Shown: positions 62,042 through 64,000 of the stretch, in pieces
Layout of the letters: every line of letters starts with the position of its first letter
Numbering within the stretch: the first letter of the stretch is position 1
Source of the DNA: Eledone cirrhosa
Lineage: Eukaryota
Direction: 5' to 3'
Length of the DNA stretch: 64,000 nt
NCBI GenBank assembly: GCA_964016885.1
Contig: OZ024755.1
Span: 30,132,001-30,196,000 of the forward strand
Translations under genes and position numbers: made by a program
The notes under the pieces: generated by a model
Seen by the model: the letters and a program-made list of their open reading frames with translations, nothing else
Databases searched by the model: none
Told to the model about the DNA's origin: nothing

Positions 62042-62508
62042 CATCTATATTAAAACTATATATATATATATATATATATATAATTCAATATAATAAATTA
62101 TATGGATGTTTGATAGTTATCGCAATCCGTTTGTATATTTACTTAATTTATTCTTTTAATTGAGTCTGCCAAACCGTATTGTCTATAGTTAGTATAACGT
62201 TCACCCTAGCGAATTAGGTCCCTTATAATTTTAAACCCAGATAAGTATATATATGTGTTTATCACTCTTTATTATATAAACGGCCCGGAAAATATTTTCC
62301 TTGAGCTATTTTAATTGTAAGGGACTACTCTGAGTTTCAAACTCAATATATACTTTATATATATATATATATATATAAATTAATAAAGTAATGAATAAAC
62401 AAAGAAACAGTTCCTTATATTTAAAAAATTCATCATTTTACGATCGTTTCTAGGATATATATGTGTTAGTGTTGGTATGCATATTCTATAGATCTATGTA
62501 ATTTATCT

Positions 62509-62564
<56 letters not shown>

Positions 62565-62724
62565 CGTTTCTGAATTTGTTTAGCAAGATTCTTTATCTGA
62601 AATCGGGCAACCAGAAATTTATAGATTTGTAAATTTGTAAATTTATAAATATATAATAAATTGAAGTGAAAGCAACTGGTGCGTGTGTTTGTTTCTTATT
62701 GGCAACATGACCCTCCCAAAGTAT

Positions 62725-62767
<43 letters not shown>

Positions 62768-62889
62768 CCCACGAAATCGTCTTCCTCACTGATCAACGAA
62801 AGTGTATACTCTGACTAGCAGAGTTCGAATTTTAATAATTTGAAATCAATTGTTCATAGAGTCTTTTCTATTCGACATCCTTCGTCTCT

Positions 62890-63033
62890 CCTAAATAAAT
62901 AAATAAATGTGTGTATGTGTATATAAATAAATAAATATATATATATGTGTGTGTGTGTGTGCGTGTGTGTGTGGGTGTATAAATTATATATATATATATA
63001 TGGCTGAATGTGTATGTGTGTATAAATAAATAA

Positions 63034-63066
<33 letters not shown>

Positions 63067-63129
63067 CGTGTGTGTGTGGGTGTATAAAGTATATATATAT
63101 ATATATACATGGCTGTATGTGTGTATAAA

Positions 63130-63173
<44 letters not shown>

Positions 63174-63233
63174 GGTGTATAAAGTATATATATATATATA
63201 TATATATATATGGCTGTATGTGTGTATAAATAA

Positions 63234-63270
<37 letters not shown>

Positions 63271-63332
63271 CGCGTGTGTGTGTGGGTGTATAAATTATAT
63301 ATATATATGGCTGTATGTGTATGTGTGTATAA

Positions 63333-63385
<53 letters not shown>

Positions 63386-63639
63386 GGTGTATAAAGTATA
63401 TATATATATATATGGCTGTATGTGTGTATAAATAAATATATATATATATGTGTGTGTGTGGGGGGGGGGGTCTATAAAGTATATATATATATATATATAT
63501 GGCTGTATGTGTATGTGTGTATAAATAAATAAATATATATATATATATATGTGTGTGTGTGCGTGTGTGTGTGGGTGTATAAATTATATATATATATATA
63601 TATATATGGCTGTATGTGTATGTGTGTATAAATAAATAA

Positions 63640-63674
<35 letters not shown>

Positions 63675-63740
63675 GGTGTATAAATTATATATATATATAT
63701 ATATATATGGCTGTATGTGTATGTGTGTATAAATAAATAA

Positions 63741-63777
<37 letters not shown>

Positions 63778-63843
63778 GGTGTATAAAGTATATATATATA
63801 TATATATATATGGCTGTATGTGTATGTGTGTATAAATAAATAA

Positions 63844-63874
<31 letters not shown>

Positions 63875-63898
63875 CGCGTGTGTGTGTGGGTGTATAAA

Positions 63899-63957
<59 letters not shown>

Positions 63958-64000
63958 TGTATGTGTGTGTGTGTATAAATAAATATATATATATATATAT
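62890..64000. repeat. Higher-order ~70-80-bp repeat built of GGCTGTATG / TAAA / (TA)n / (TG)n / GGGTGTATAAA modules
   Basis: Direct reading. Confidence 0.9.

Overview
AT-rich, microsatellite-saturated animal DNA. The SINE/LINE content and huge (TA)n/(CA)n/(AGT)n tracts suggest an octopod cephalopod; this is inference. Most of the window is repeats: Tx1/L1-clade LINEs (one with an intact ORF2 at 24166-27603), RTE-, CR1-, CRE- and R4/Dong-clade LINE fragments, two tRNA-derived SINE families, hAT elements, minisatellites and a 200-N gap. Nearly all supplied ORFs are microsatellite or antisense artefacts. Two things are not resolved by the ORF track. (1) A spliced three-coding-exon + strand gene (31298-35815) encodes an 80-aa protein with signal peptide, Ser/Thr-rich core and probable GPI signal (CD24/CD52-like architecture). 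(2) About a dozen hammerhead-ribozyme motifs lie in several distinct short Penelope-like end fragments, mostly next to (TA)n tracts and often with fold-back inverted repeats; a decayed Penelope GIY-YIG endonuclease is also present. Different retroelement classes appear to use different microsatellites: (TA)n, (CATA)n and (TC/TCTA)n.
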